A DNA stretch of 64,000 nt from Octopus bimaculoides. Taxonomy: Eukaryota. Under the pieces are notes generated by a model. The model was not told where the DNA came from, searched no databases, and saw only the letters and a list, made by a program, of their open reading frames with translations. This document shows positions 24,786-37,383 of the stretch, in pieces; the stretch's first letter is position 1; the number at the start of each line of letters is the position of its first letter. A program made the translations under genes and the position numbers. The stretch is from contig NC_068987.1 of the NCBI RefSeq assembly GCF_001194135.2, positions 13,917,747-13,981,746 on the forward strand, written 5' to 3'.

Positions 24786-27700
24786 ACCTACCATTTACCA
24801 TTCTCTGGTAATACATATGACATTTTTTTCCATTTCAGATGCGTGGTATGAATGGTCTTTTTGGACTTGTAGTCCATATCACAGTTGGAGAAACAATGTT
24901 AGCTGGAATAGCTGTGAGTATCTTTAAAACTTATTACTTCAGTACATTCCTAAAATTTCATTTTAATTTACCTTCTGCAAGGTGGTGTGCAAGTGTGTGA
25001 AGCATGTTTTTGTCACTGTTAATTTTACATGTTAAATAAAGTAAGTTCTCAGTATACCCATGCAAAGAGTCTGGATTTAACTGTTGTTACATCCCTATCA
25101 CAAATATATGTTTTGCTTGACTTTTCATAGGGTATGTATTGCTGGGTAATCAGTCTTGTTGACTTTCTAATAGGATTTAGTACTTATCATTGACTGTTAG
25201 GTGCAGTGAGGCAGTGTGAGATTAGATGTATTTTCTAGAAACACAACAAAATACCAGCAGTAGATTTGAACTTATTACTCTTGAGCAGGTTGTTGAAATA
25301 CCTTATCCACTTTGCCATTTCACTTGTAACTCTGCAGCATCTGACATCCCCTACTTCCCCATTCACTCCTGGCCCCACTACTTCAGTTATTCCTAACCAC
25401 CTTCATACCTTGAAGGTCCACCCTGACACCTCATCACCACTCTTTTCTTATCACTTTCCAGCTCCATCTCATCACTCTCACCTCTTTTCTAAAACGTGGA
25501 GTCATGTAGCTCCCCTATAGCTAGAACCCTGTTCTCCTCTGGCCCTTTGCTCTTAGATTTTAATCCTTTCTACTCCTCATCTCCCAACATAAAGCTTCCT
25601 GCATCTGGATTTGTAGTCTTGCAGGTTGCATGGCAATCTCACTAGTGCTTGTGGCATGGAAGAAAACAAAAAGCACCCAGTACTCACAGTAAAGTGGTTG
25701 GTATTAGGGAGGGCATCCAGCTGTAGAAACCATGTTAAAACATACACTGGAATATGGTGCAGTTCTTTGCACCTTACTGGATCCTGTCAAACCATCCAAC
25801 CCATGTCAACATGAAACATGGAAGTTAAATGATGATAATGATGATACACTGTGATTTAGGTTGAAGTACTTGCATACACATGATGATGAAGAAGAAGAAG
25901 AAAACAATGATGATGCATACACTCACACGCACACACACACACCTATGCCAGTCTTCCACATAGTTTTTAGTTAATTCATTTGATCAACTTCTCCTGTTCC
26001 ACTCTACAAAGTATTGTCTTTGCACTTTGATGAAATAAATAACTTTTTAGTTGTTATTGTCTGTTTTTCTTTTTTTTTTCTTCTTTTCTTCTTTATTGCT
26101 CTAACTATTGTTTATGAAACCCTTTTGCTATTCTCTTCATTGTTCTATTTTCAGACAGCAACTGCTGCCTATCTGAATGCACTACCTGCTCCATCAGTTC
26201 CACGTATCTCAGGACAGGTAATAATAATAATATTTAATTTTATTATTAAATGATCCAAACTAATCTTTCCTTTTTCCTTTTTCCTTCATTAGACTCTCCT
26301 TTCCTTTAGTGATGAGTGAGAAAATCTGCAGCTCATCATATTGATAGGATTACTGCCACATTTTAATCCAAGGATTGTTGTTGTTACTTCATTTCAGGAG
26401 TAGTGCAAATGTAAATAAACAGGCAGATACAAAAGCACATTCACACACATCCACACAGACACAAGCACTCACTCACACACATGTACACAAACTCACACAC
26501 AGTTAACTACACATGGTTTAGTCAATTGATGCCATTAAAATCTGAGTCATTTTATGAATCCGAGAAGGATAAAAGGAAAAGTTGACATCAGTGAAATTTG
26601 AACTCGGATGAAACTAAATGGTGTGTGCTGCATTCATTTGAGCATGTTACCATTTTTGCTAGTCTGTTATTCTTTACCTAGAGTAATGTCTTGAAGATGA
26701 GGCATCTAGTCAGGGTTTTCACAGCCGACAGTTTGGCTGTCTTTCTCTACCCTCTGTTGATAGTTAACAGCCTGTAATGATTGACTTTCTAATCAATAGA
26801 AGAGTAGAAAGTTTGCTTACTGACAAGGAATTTGCAGACATGTTTGGAAGCTATAAGGCTAGAAATTGTTAATAAGTTTTTTTCTGTGATATAACTTTGT
26901 TGTAATATTCTAATACATTTTAACCCTTTAGCATTTAATCTGGCCATATCTGGCCCAAACATTCTACTTGCTTTATGTTCAAACTGTCCAGATCTTGCCT
27001 CTCACACCTACCCTACAATATCATTTTGAACATATACACTCACAAAATTGAAATCTCAAATCTACAAGATGGTTACTGATTAGTTGAAAACACTGAGAAC
27101 AAATAAACATAACATTCAATGGAATAACCTGAATACTAAAGGATTAAACTGTTTATATGGTTATGTGCAAGCATGGCAGTGAGGCTAAGAAGCGTACTTT
27201 GTAACCACATGATTTCATGTTCAGACCCCTGGTGGAGGCATGTTGCTTAGTGGTTAGATTGTCAGACTCATGATCATAAGATTGTGGTTTCAATTCCTGA
27301 ACCAGGCGATGCATTATGTTCTTGAGCAAAACACTTCATTTCATGTTGCCCCAGTCCACTCAGCTTGCAAAAATGAGTAATCCTGCGATGGACTGGCGTC
27401 CCATCCAGGTGGGGAATATATATGTCGTGGAAATCAGTAAACCGGCCTTTATGAGTCGGCATGACTCAAAAAGGTAACTTTACCTTTACTCATGCTCAAG
27501 CCAGCAGTGTGGCACATTGAGTCAGTGTTTTCTACCTTCTGTTATAGCCCTAGGCCAACCAGTGTGAATGAATTTAATAGATGGAAACTGTGGAAGCCCA
27601 TCATATGCATGTCTTTGTCCACTCTTCCACTGCTCGACAACTGATGTTAGTTTGTTTACATCTCTGTAACTTAACAGTTTGGCAGAAGAGACCAATAGGA

Positions 27701-29268
27701 TAAGTACCAGACTTTAAAAAAATAAGTACGAGAGTCAGTTTGTTGAACTAAATTCTTCAAGGTGGTACTCCAGCATGACCACAGTCCAACAACTGAAGCA
27801 TGTAAAATATAAAAGATTTAACAGTGAACATCTTTTATAATGTCTTCTTCAAATCTTTATTTTTGTTTTTTTTAGGTGATGACAGCAAGTGACAATAATG
27901 ATTTGGAGAAATTACAGCAACGCTTAACCACTACTGTACAGAACTTAAAAGAGCAATATGAAATATTTGTGCCTGTAAGTCACTAATACTGTCTTTGAGA
28001 GTTCCTGGTGGCTTGACTTACATGCACTTACCTAACCCTAAATGATAACACCATGTTCTCTTTCTTCCTCACTCTCAGATAAAACATGATGCCCCAAAAT
28101 GAGTTTATCTTATAAACTTTACTCTTGACTGATTGTTGCTCCCACAAACCCCCAGTTTCTTTGGATTTCAGGTTTTATCTTATCAGGCTACGATACTTGT
28201 GGGGTAAAATCTTGTTTGATTAATTCCTTTTGTTCCCTGTGAAGCATAGGCCATCGATGATGTTTCCCCCATTGTTTCTGACTCTAGGCTATCTTTTCTG
28301 TTTCCCTCCAGTTGAATCCCTGCTTTTTCATTTCTACCTCAGTATCTTGCCTCCAGCTATTTCTAGGGTGTCCTCTCTTCCACATCTTTTGTTGGTTCCA
28401 GGTCAGAGCCTGACATGTAATACAGGATGTTGGTTCCCCAAAGGCATAGTATATCCATCCTCTCTTACTCTTCAGGGATCTGTTCTTCCACTGGTTTCAG
28501 CTCATTCCTTTCTGTTACATCTACTCCATGTTACAGTTTTTGAGGAAGTCAGCCTTGCAACTTCCTTTCAAATTCTTCTACATTATCATATATTTCTCTG
28601 AGGGAAGCCCTTTCTTTTCTAGGTCTTGTTGTTATCAATGCTTCTGTTACTTTGCTTTTTTCCAGGTAGGGACATTAGCCTATGCAAACCCATTTTTACC
28701 TCTGAGAAGAGGTGATCCATATTAGCTTGGCCTCTATCCTTTGATACCTTGCCCAGTCCAAGAGGTTCCACCAGAAGCTTACCCTTCACTGGCTTAGCTC
28801 TCAGGGTGGTTGAAGGCACAGAAGCCACCACAATGCAACAAGAAATAAATCTTGTGATGGCTGGTAAAATTATGGTTCTTTATCTATTGATTATGATAGT
28901 GCTAATATACAGTAGAATTTGTGTTTCAGAGTACAACTCTTAGTTTCATATTATGAAAATCATTTCCACATCAGGATATGATCATGTTTTTTAACCAAGA
29001 GCAGTTCTAATCAAGTAGACTTATGATCGAAAGTATTCTAGGCATGACCATTCCATCTTTTTGTCTATGAAGGACCACATTGTCCAGTGTGTACTTTGAG
29101 TTTTAAAAAAAAACTAAGTCGGTGTCTGTGAAGAAAATAAAGGTCAAAGTGGGATGTAGTTCTAAAGAGAGATGATTGTAAAATGTTTAGTGCAGGATTT
29201 CAATAAACAAGATACAATAGGGATGATGAGAAGAAGAGCAGTGGGCTTCTACTGTAGGAAATTTCTGA

Positions 29269-29336
<68 letters not shown>

Positions 29337-30214
29337 AAGACAAAATGTGTGTGATCAGATTTGCTTAAATATCAATCAACATTAGGAGTACAAAATCCTA
29401 AATAGTATTGTATTGGTGCATGCAGGATTGTGTGGTTAACAAGCCTGTTTCTCAACCACATGCTTATACATCCAATCCCACTGCATAGCACCTTAAGCAA
29501 TTCTCTCTCTCTCTCTCTCCCTTTTTTTTTTTTTCACCTTTTCATTCAATTTATTCCAGGAAGTTGCCCCAGGCCAGTCTAGTCTTCGTTGCAGTGCTGA
29601 TAATACAGACGACAGTGATGAAGATCAGAGTGATTTAGAACTGTCATTTGGAAACAAAGATACATTTGTGTTAGAGGTAAGTAAGGACTTTGGCTGGTTC
29701 CAGAGCATGAACAGTCTGATCATTGATTTTTATGTCCACCTTTCCATGCTTGCATGGGTTGAGTTGAGTGACTTCTTGTCCCCGTAACTTAGTAATTCGG
29801 CAAAAGAGGCCAATAGAATAAGTACCAGGCTTAAAAAATAAAAAAAGTATTGTGGTCAGTCCATTCAACTAAAAACTCTTCAAGTAAGTGCCCCAGCATG
29901 GCCACAGTCTAATGACTGAAACAAGTAAAAGATAATGCATAAACAGATCCTGAAAGATTACTTGGAGATACTTGATGTATTTTATAAATATGCTTAGTTA
30001 AAGTTTCATAAAAGCATGAAGCTATTAGCAGCTCTTTTGGTATATATATTAAATTGATATATATTGCCCCCGTGAGGCCCAATGCTCGGAAGCTGCTTTT
30101 TACATGCCACTGGCATGGGTGCCAGGTATGCACCACCATCAGATGTGACTACAATTTCACTTGGCTTGATGGGTCTTCTCAAGCACAGCATATTGCCAAT
30201 GGTCTCAGTCACTA

Positions 30215-30255
<41 letters not shown>

Positions 30256-33200
30256 AAAAGACAGACACAGGTACATCTTATCTTCATGAATATGTATGTA
30301 CATGCTTATGTGAAAAGTCACAGTTGAAGGAATTGTTGTGTTTATTAACCAGAAGCATATCATTTGATATATGCCATCAGGGAAAGTGCATGTTGTCCCT
30401 GATTGAGGTTGTTAGCCCTTGTCAAAGTAAATCGCTAATCATGGTGATGCAGCTTACTACTATAGACAGTAGGAGCATTGCATAATTAATGAGTGTTTTG
30501 TTCATTTAGTCCAACTCTATACTCTTCATGCTAATTCCAAAGCTGTCATAATCATCGTCACTTCCAACCATTTGACCTCAGGTTCAATCCCATTGTATGG
30601 TACCTTGAGCAAATGTCTTCTATTTTTGCCCTGGGTCAGCCAAAACCTTGTGAGTGGTAGATGGAAACAGGAAGAAGCTTCTCATGTGTGTGTATGTATA
30701 TATATATATATATATATATATACGACGGGCTTTTTTCAGTTTTCGTCTACCAAATCCACTTACAAGGCTTTNNNNNNNNNNTTTCCAGTCTGCCATATAA
30801 AAGAAAAACAAAAAAAAAAAGTGTCTGGCCATGGGGAAATATTATCTTACCTAGAAATAGATGAGGGCAGGCAACAGGAAAGGTATCCAGCCACAGAAAA
30901 AACAAGCCTCAATAAATTTTGTTTGACCCATGCAAGTATGAAAAAGTGGACATTAAATGATGATGATGATGGTGATGATTCCCTTTTATCATTAATCTCT
31001 TTACATGCCATTATATTTATATGGAATTCAAGGTAATTCTTTCAAACTTTTGCATCAATCCATTGAAAGACAATGCTGTACTACTTCCTCTTTTCCTTTC
31101 ATACCATCATTCTGTAAATCTTTTAAAATTTTATCTTCTTCAGGTTGATGATGCAAAAGATGAAACTGTATCCTTGATTTTAGATGACTTCACAGCTCCA
31201 GAAGGATTTGAAATATGCAATACAGAAGTACTTCCAGGAGTGACCAACATTGTTTGTAATCTACAGGTAAGTTCACAGTTTTGTTTTTTTTGTTTTTTTT
31301 TTGCCTATTTTGGGTTATTCTATCACTTTCTTCAATTTACAGATCTTTTTATTTTATCAGCTAAATGTCCCAAACTAAACATTTTCCTCTTGTTTTTCCT
31401 CTTCAGATGTTTACACATGTGTGGCGTGGCAAATGCCAGAAGGTACCAATGACTGTAAAAGATTTCTCTGATTTATTTAACCATTTGATTAGGGTAAGTA
31501 TTATTGCAGCCTTTTCCATCTGTCAGTCCATTTTTGACACTTACTATTCCTGGGAGGTTCATTAAGGTTGAGTTCTCTTATGCCCATATTCTCCCTCAAC
31601 ACACTTGGTTTCTGTCCTTTGTGCACACTAACACTATGCAACCAGTAGAGCATGCTTGCTTCATTTCATTCCAGCCTTTGCAAATCCTTCACATTCAGCA
31701 TCTGTGTCTCAGTCTATCATAATATTTGTTCTTCATATACAAGCTCCATACTATCTCTCCTTCACTTGAAAAGAGAGAGAAGTAATTGTTGTTGCCAACA
31801 GAAGTAACAATTCCCTGAATGTTCCCTACTCTGTCATTATACTGGCTACAGTGGCTTCCCAACACACAACTCCAGTGCTGATTATGTTACCTAGGTGACA
31901 GAAATTATTAGCTGTTTCTAGCAAACTTTCTGGGCAGTTAAACAACTTCATTTCTTGTATGTCCTAACTGCTGACCATTCTTGTATTCCTTTTACATATG
32001 AGATCCTTCTTCTCTTCTAACCTACCTATGTTCCCTCTGCACCTTTTATGTTTGAATTGGGGTATACAATATAATGTTCTTATTTGCTCCACTTCTAAAT
32101 ATCAAGCATTGCTACTTTGCAAAAGTACCAGTATTTTGTTTTTTTTTTCTCAAGATAAGACTTTACTATCTTGGCCTTTGTCTTCTCAATTCTAGATTCT
32201 GTTTCCATGACTGGAACTGTTCTAGATTCTGTTTCCATGACTGGAACTGTTCCTGTATGTAATCAATATTTAAGCTTTATTTATTCATGATACAAAAACA
32301 ATTATCATTGATTTGTTCTTATTTTTCTTCTAATTTTATAGAAAATTTGCTTTAAATTAAGGAAGATGGCACCATGCTGTTTAAGTTGCCTTGATTTCAA
32401 TTTAGAGCTGGCTGATGAAGACGAAGTGCAGGTATAGTTTACATTCAATTATTTTCAGCATTTAGATATGTTTCCATTCATTATTGATGAATGCTTGATA
32501 ACAGCTCTCTAATGGTTGTACAGTTGTCAAAATAGTTGTGCCCCTGGGCTGGCTCTTGTGCGGGTGACACATGAGGTTTCTCGAGCGAGATGAGCGTGGC
32601 CTTTGCCAGTACCGCCTGACTGGCCTTCGTGCGGGTGACACGTAAAAGCACCCACTACACTCTCTGAGTGGTTGGCTTTAGGAAGGGCATCCAGCTGTAG
32701 AAACACTGCCAAATCAGATTGGAGCCTGGTGTAGCCATCTGGTTTCACCAGTCCTCAGTCAAATCGTCCAACCCATGCTAGCATGGAAGGCGGACGTTAA
32801 ACGATGATGATGATGATGAGAAAAGCAACATGTTGACTGATGCAGCAAAGGTGGAATCTTGTGATGGTTCTGAGTAACTGTAGTACTCGGAAATTGCCAG
32901 CTCATCTTTTTTTTTTTTTTTTTNNNNNNNNNNNNNNNNNNNNNNNNNNNNNNNNNNNNNNNNNNNNNNNNNNNNNNNNNNNNNNNNNNNNNNNNNNNNN
33001 NNNNNNNNNNNNNNNNNNNNNNNNNNNNNNNNNNNNNNNNNNNNNNNNNNNNNNNNNNNNNNNNNNNNNNNNNNNNNNNNNNNNNNNNNNNNNNNNNNNN
33101 NNNNNGTTGTGCCCCTGGGCTGGCTCTTGTGCGGGTGACACATGAGGTTTCTCGAGCGAGATGAGCGTGGCCTTTGCCAGTACCGCCTGACTGGCCTTCG

Positions 33201-36200
33201 TGCGGGTGACACGTAAAAGCACCCACTACACTCTCTGAGTGGTTGGCTTTAGGAAGGGCATCCAGCTGTAGAAACTCTGCCAAATTAGATTGGAGCCTGG
33301 TGTTGCCATCCGGTTTCACCAGTCCTCAGTCAAATCGTCCAACCCATGCTAGCATGGAAGGCGGACGTTAAACGATGATGATGATGATGAGAAAAGCAAC
33401 ATGTTGACTGATGCAGCAAAGGTGGAATCTTGTGATGGTTCTGAGTAACTGTAGTACTCGGAAATTGCCAGCTCATCTTTTTTTTTTTTTTGTTAGATTT
33501 CTGTACTTAGTTCAAATCTTCATGTGGATCTGCAAAAACTACCTGGGTACTCCACCTCAAGCCTGAGTTCCTAGTTATTTCTGTTTTCCTTACCATTGGA
33601 TCCAGACCCTGCTTCTGTTGTCAGACTGTGTGTAGTAAGTTGATAGTGTGCAGCAGTTTGTTCCTCATCAATCTGATCAAAACTCAGAGACTTCATCTAG
33701 GTGAACAACTTTCCCAATGACAAGGGATTCTCCTGTTACCATGACTACTTCTACTTCTGCAAAAAAGTACCAAAGAACATGCTGCCAGATTATATTTGCA
33801 AATGAGTTAGACTAGGTAGCATGTACATGCTTTCACTAATTGTTTTAGGTGCTTATGTAGTCCCAGGTAGACATAGATATCCTCTTGACTTTCCTACATT
33901 TAACCCTAATGGAACATTGAGGACATGACAGCTGGATGGAGAGAGAGAGAGAGAGCTGCACCAGTACTTGGCTAGTACTCATTTTTAACTGAGTGGACTT
34001 AAGCAATGTAAAATGAAGTAGCCTACTCAAGAGCACAACATGCTACCTGGTTCAATATTTGAACCCAAAATCTTACAGTACAAGCCCACCATCCTAACCA
34101 CTAGGCCACTGAATAGTAATGTATTAAAAAAAAAATATATATATATATATATATTTTATTTAATGTCTTTAATGTATTTCATTGAATATTTTTACTGGCA
34201 GATAACCTTGACTGGGATGTGCACAGGACTTGGAGAAGTACAACCTCAAGCATCTAAAAACTTAGTGTATAAAACAAGTAAGTTTCCTAAGGCAATTAAT
34301 GTGTATATTCTTAGGTTTCTCTCATTCTGTTTATATACAGGGTGTCCATGTAATTGTCCAGCTTGGGAGGCCATATCAGGAGCTTGTGCTGCATTGGCAT
34401 AGTTCTCAGGGCCATTGAAGCACATACGCCACCACAGTGCAACAAGAAATGGACCTTATGGTGGCTGTCTGACCCATGCAAGCATGGAAAACTAGATACA
34501 GAAATGATAATAATAATGATGATTTTACAGTGATGTATTTACAGACATAAAGTCTTTCTAACATTTTAAGATTTAGTTATTTGAAATAATGATTTTTTCC
34601 CCATATAATAATGCTGATTGTTTTGTTTTTTTTATTTTATTTTAACCATTTAGCATTTAAACCAGCCATATCTGGCTCAATTTTTATGTTTTATGTTCAG
34701 ACAGGCTTCTTGCACCAATCCTACTATATCATCAGAATCTCAAAGCTGTGAAATAATACATGATTAATTCAAAACATTGTGAATAAATAAGCAATACTTT
34801 AGACAGAATAATGTGAATGGTAAATGGTTAAAGAACGGCATCCACGCTGAAAACGAAATTTGAAATGTTTAATAATTTTCTTTTTTTGTTTTTGTTTTTT
34901 TCCAGACAATGGTTCTAACCTCCTTTTGAGTGTGCCGTCCAACAGTAGCTGTGATCAAGACCATGACTTAATGTTTCAGATGGAAGAGGTACAAGAAAGC
35001 CCTGTTACATCAAAGACATCTCAGCAAGGTAAGACCATTTCTATTGCTTCAATGACATGTGACAGGGGAACACATCACACTCTTGTGGGGTGGCTCATCC
35101 ACTTTGGATGAGCTCTCACCTGTGGCTCCAAGTAACTGTTTGATTGCAACAGCAGCCACATGCACAATAAACCACTTCAACTTGTGGGTTAAACCAGGTA
35201 ATGTTAGCTAACAGATATGTAACTCTTGGTGAGTTAAGGCTTGCCTACCTGTGCCTATGAAGAACTGGATCTGGTAGACTCTGCAAGGTTGGTTCATTCG
35301 ATTAAAAATTCTTCAAGGCAGTGCCCCAGCATGGTCACAGTCAAAGGACTGAAACAAGATAAAAGATACCAGTTGTTTTTAATCATGGTTTAAGTGTTCT
35401 GTATTGTTTATATCTCTACTTGATATATATATATGTATTTTCTTTTATAATTATATTCTTCTTTTTTGTTCCCTTTCAGCACAAAAAACTGGCAAAACAG
35501 AAAATGGTCTCAAGTTCCATGTAAGTATGGAGATGATTATTGTCATGAAGCCCATGGCTTTTCTCGTAATTTAGAGAGGTGCTCCCTTCCTGTAGACACT
35601 GGATCTGCTGGTGTCTATACTATTAAGAGTTGTCCTGTGCTTTAACCAAATCTGTAAAACATGTCTTTGAATCATACTCAAAACAGATTCTGCAGTTTTC
35701 TAGATCAAAACACCTTACAATCAGTTTTTCAAGAAAGAGAAAAGCTGTACTCTCTGTGGTCACTTGACCTGCTGGAAATTGTAGCTATATCTCCTTCAAA
35801 TCAAACTCTGCCATCTTAAAAAAGGAAAATAACCTAATGAGCTATTCAATAATGTTCTAAAATGATGGAAGGGTCATAGGGGTAATGTTTTTGATGATTG
35901 GACTGCTTGTTTAAGGCATACCACAGGGAGACTAAACATCCCTCTAATCTTGAGTTGCTTTTGTCCTGTTGTACCTATTTACAGCTAGGTGGGCTGGGCT
36001 GTTTGAGGGTAAAATGCATTTGGCCAATAGTAGACAGGTTGTATTAGTGGTAGAATATGAACAACTGACATAACTCGGTGCAGGCATGGATGCATGGTTA
36101 AGAAGCTTGCTTTACAACCACGTGGTTTTGGGTTCAGTTCCACTATGCTGCACCTCAGATAAATGTCTTACATACTGAGTTTAAATTCTGCCAAGGTCAA

Positions 36201-37310
36201 CTCAGCCTTTCATACTTTCAGAGGTCAATAAAAGAAGTACTAGTTGACCTCTGAAGTTGAGTTAATCGACTAGCTCCCTCCCGCAAAATTGGAAACCAAT
36301 ATTCACACCTCTTTTCTATCTCTGTCCCTTCACATTCTTTTTTACACTCATAAACATACATGCACACACACACAATCTTTCTTTTTTTCTCTCTCTCTCT
36401 CTCTGCTTATGTTTATTGTGGCTATGTCCCTCCTGTAACTCCTGTAACGCCATCCTATCATCACATTGTTTGTATTTCTCTACGCAGACACTTCCTCGGC
36501 ACCGTCTTGGAGTCGAATTGATACCCATGTCATATGTACCAGGTGGAAAGATAGATCATTATCTTGGAAGTTATAACTTCTTCTTTATCAGGGAAAGCAC
36601 ATCAGTTCGAGAGGTAAGTTTTCCTTTCCTTTTGATAAATGCATTTTTTTTTTGTGTATGTTTTAATTTTCCTTCTAAAATACCATATATGGTGGCATAA
36701 AAGATGCATGGGCATCTTAGACACACTCCAATTTCAGCGGAACAGATTCAGGAAAAAGAGTGGCAGGAACAGTATTTGGTCAAACATACATGCAGAGTGT
36801 AATCGTTGAGGTTGATAGTTTGTTTTTTTTATATGCACATCTTATTTGTCCTTGGCCTTATATTAATTCAGATGACCTTGCCCTGAAGACAAATCACCCA
36901 TGAAAACTGTTTCGATTCTAACCTTAACTCTGACCAGATCCCAGCGAGACAGTAAACATCGTCGGCGGCAGCAGTGGCGATATTGCTTTAGTTGTGCTAA
37001 AGGGAACATGATAATAATAATAATAATACAAATGATGATGATATGTTAAAAGAAAATCATTTCTATTTTCAGATGGGAGGAGCCTGTGGTTTTATGCAAA
37101 GCTTTGTGTCAGAGGTGAAAGCTATTGTACGAGCCCATGTTGGAGCTCTAGGTGGTAATGCCATGGTTGCCTACAAAATGAATGAATGTATTCTTCTCAA
37201 CAATCCCCATAAAAACCAGGTATTTAATTTTAATTATTCTGTTTCCACTTGCTAACTCCATTTACACTAATTGCACCTGAACTAACAAATAGACAAGTAT
37301 TACATCTCTG

Positions 37311-37383
<73 letters not shown>

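Noticed and set aside
32412-32426. CTGATGAAGACGAAG hammerhead-like string
   Set aside because: It lies in a coding exon (ADEDE) and has no stems.
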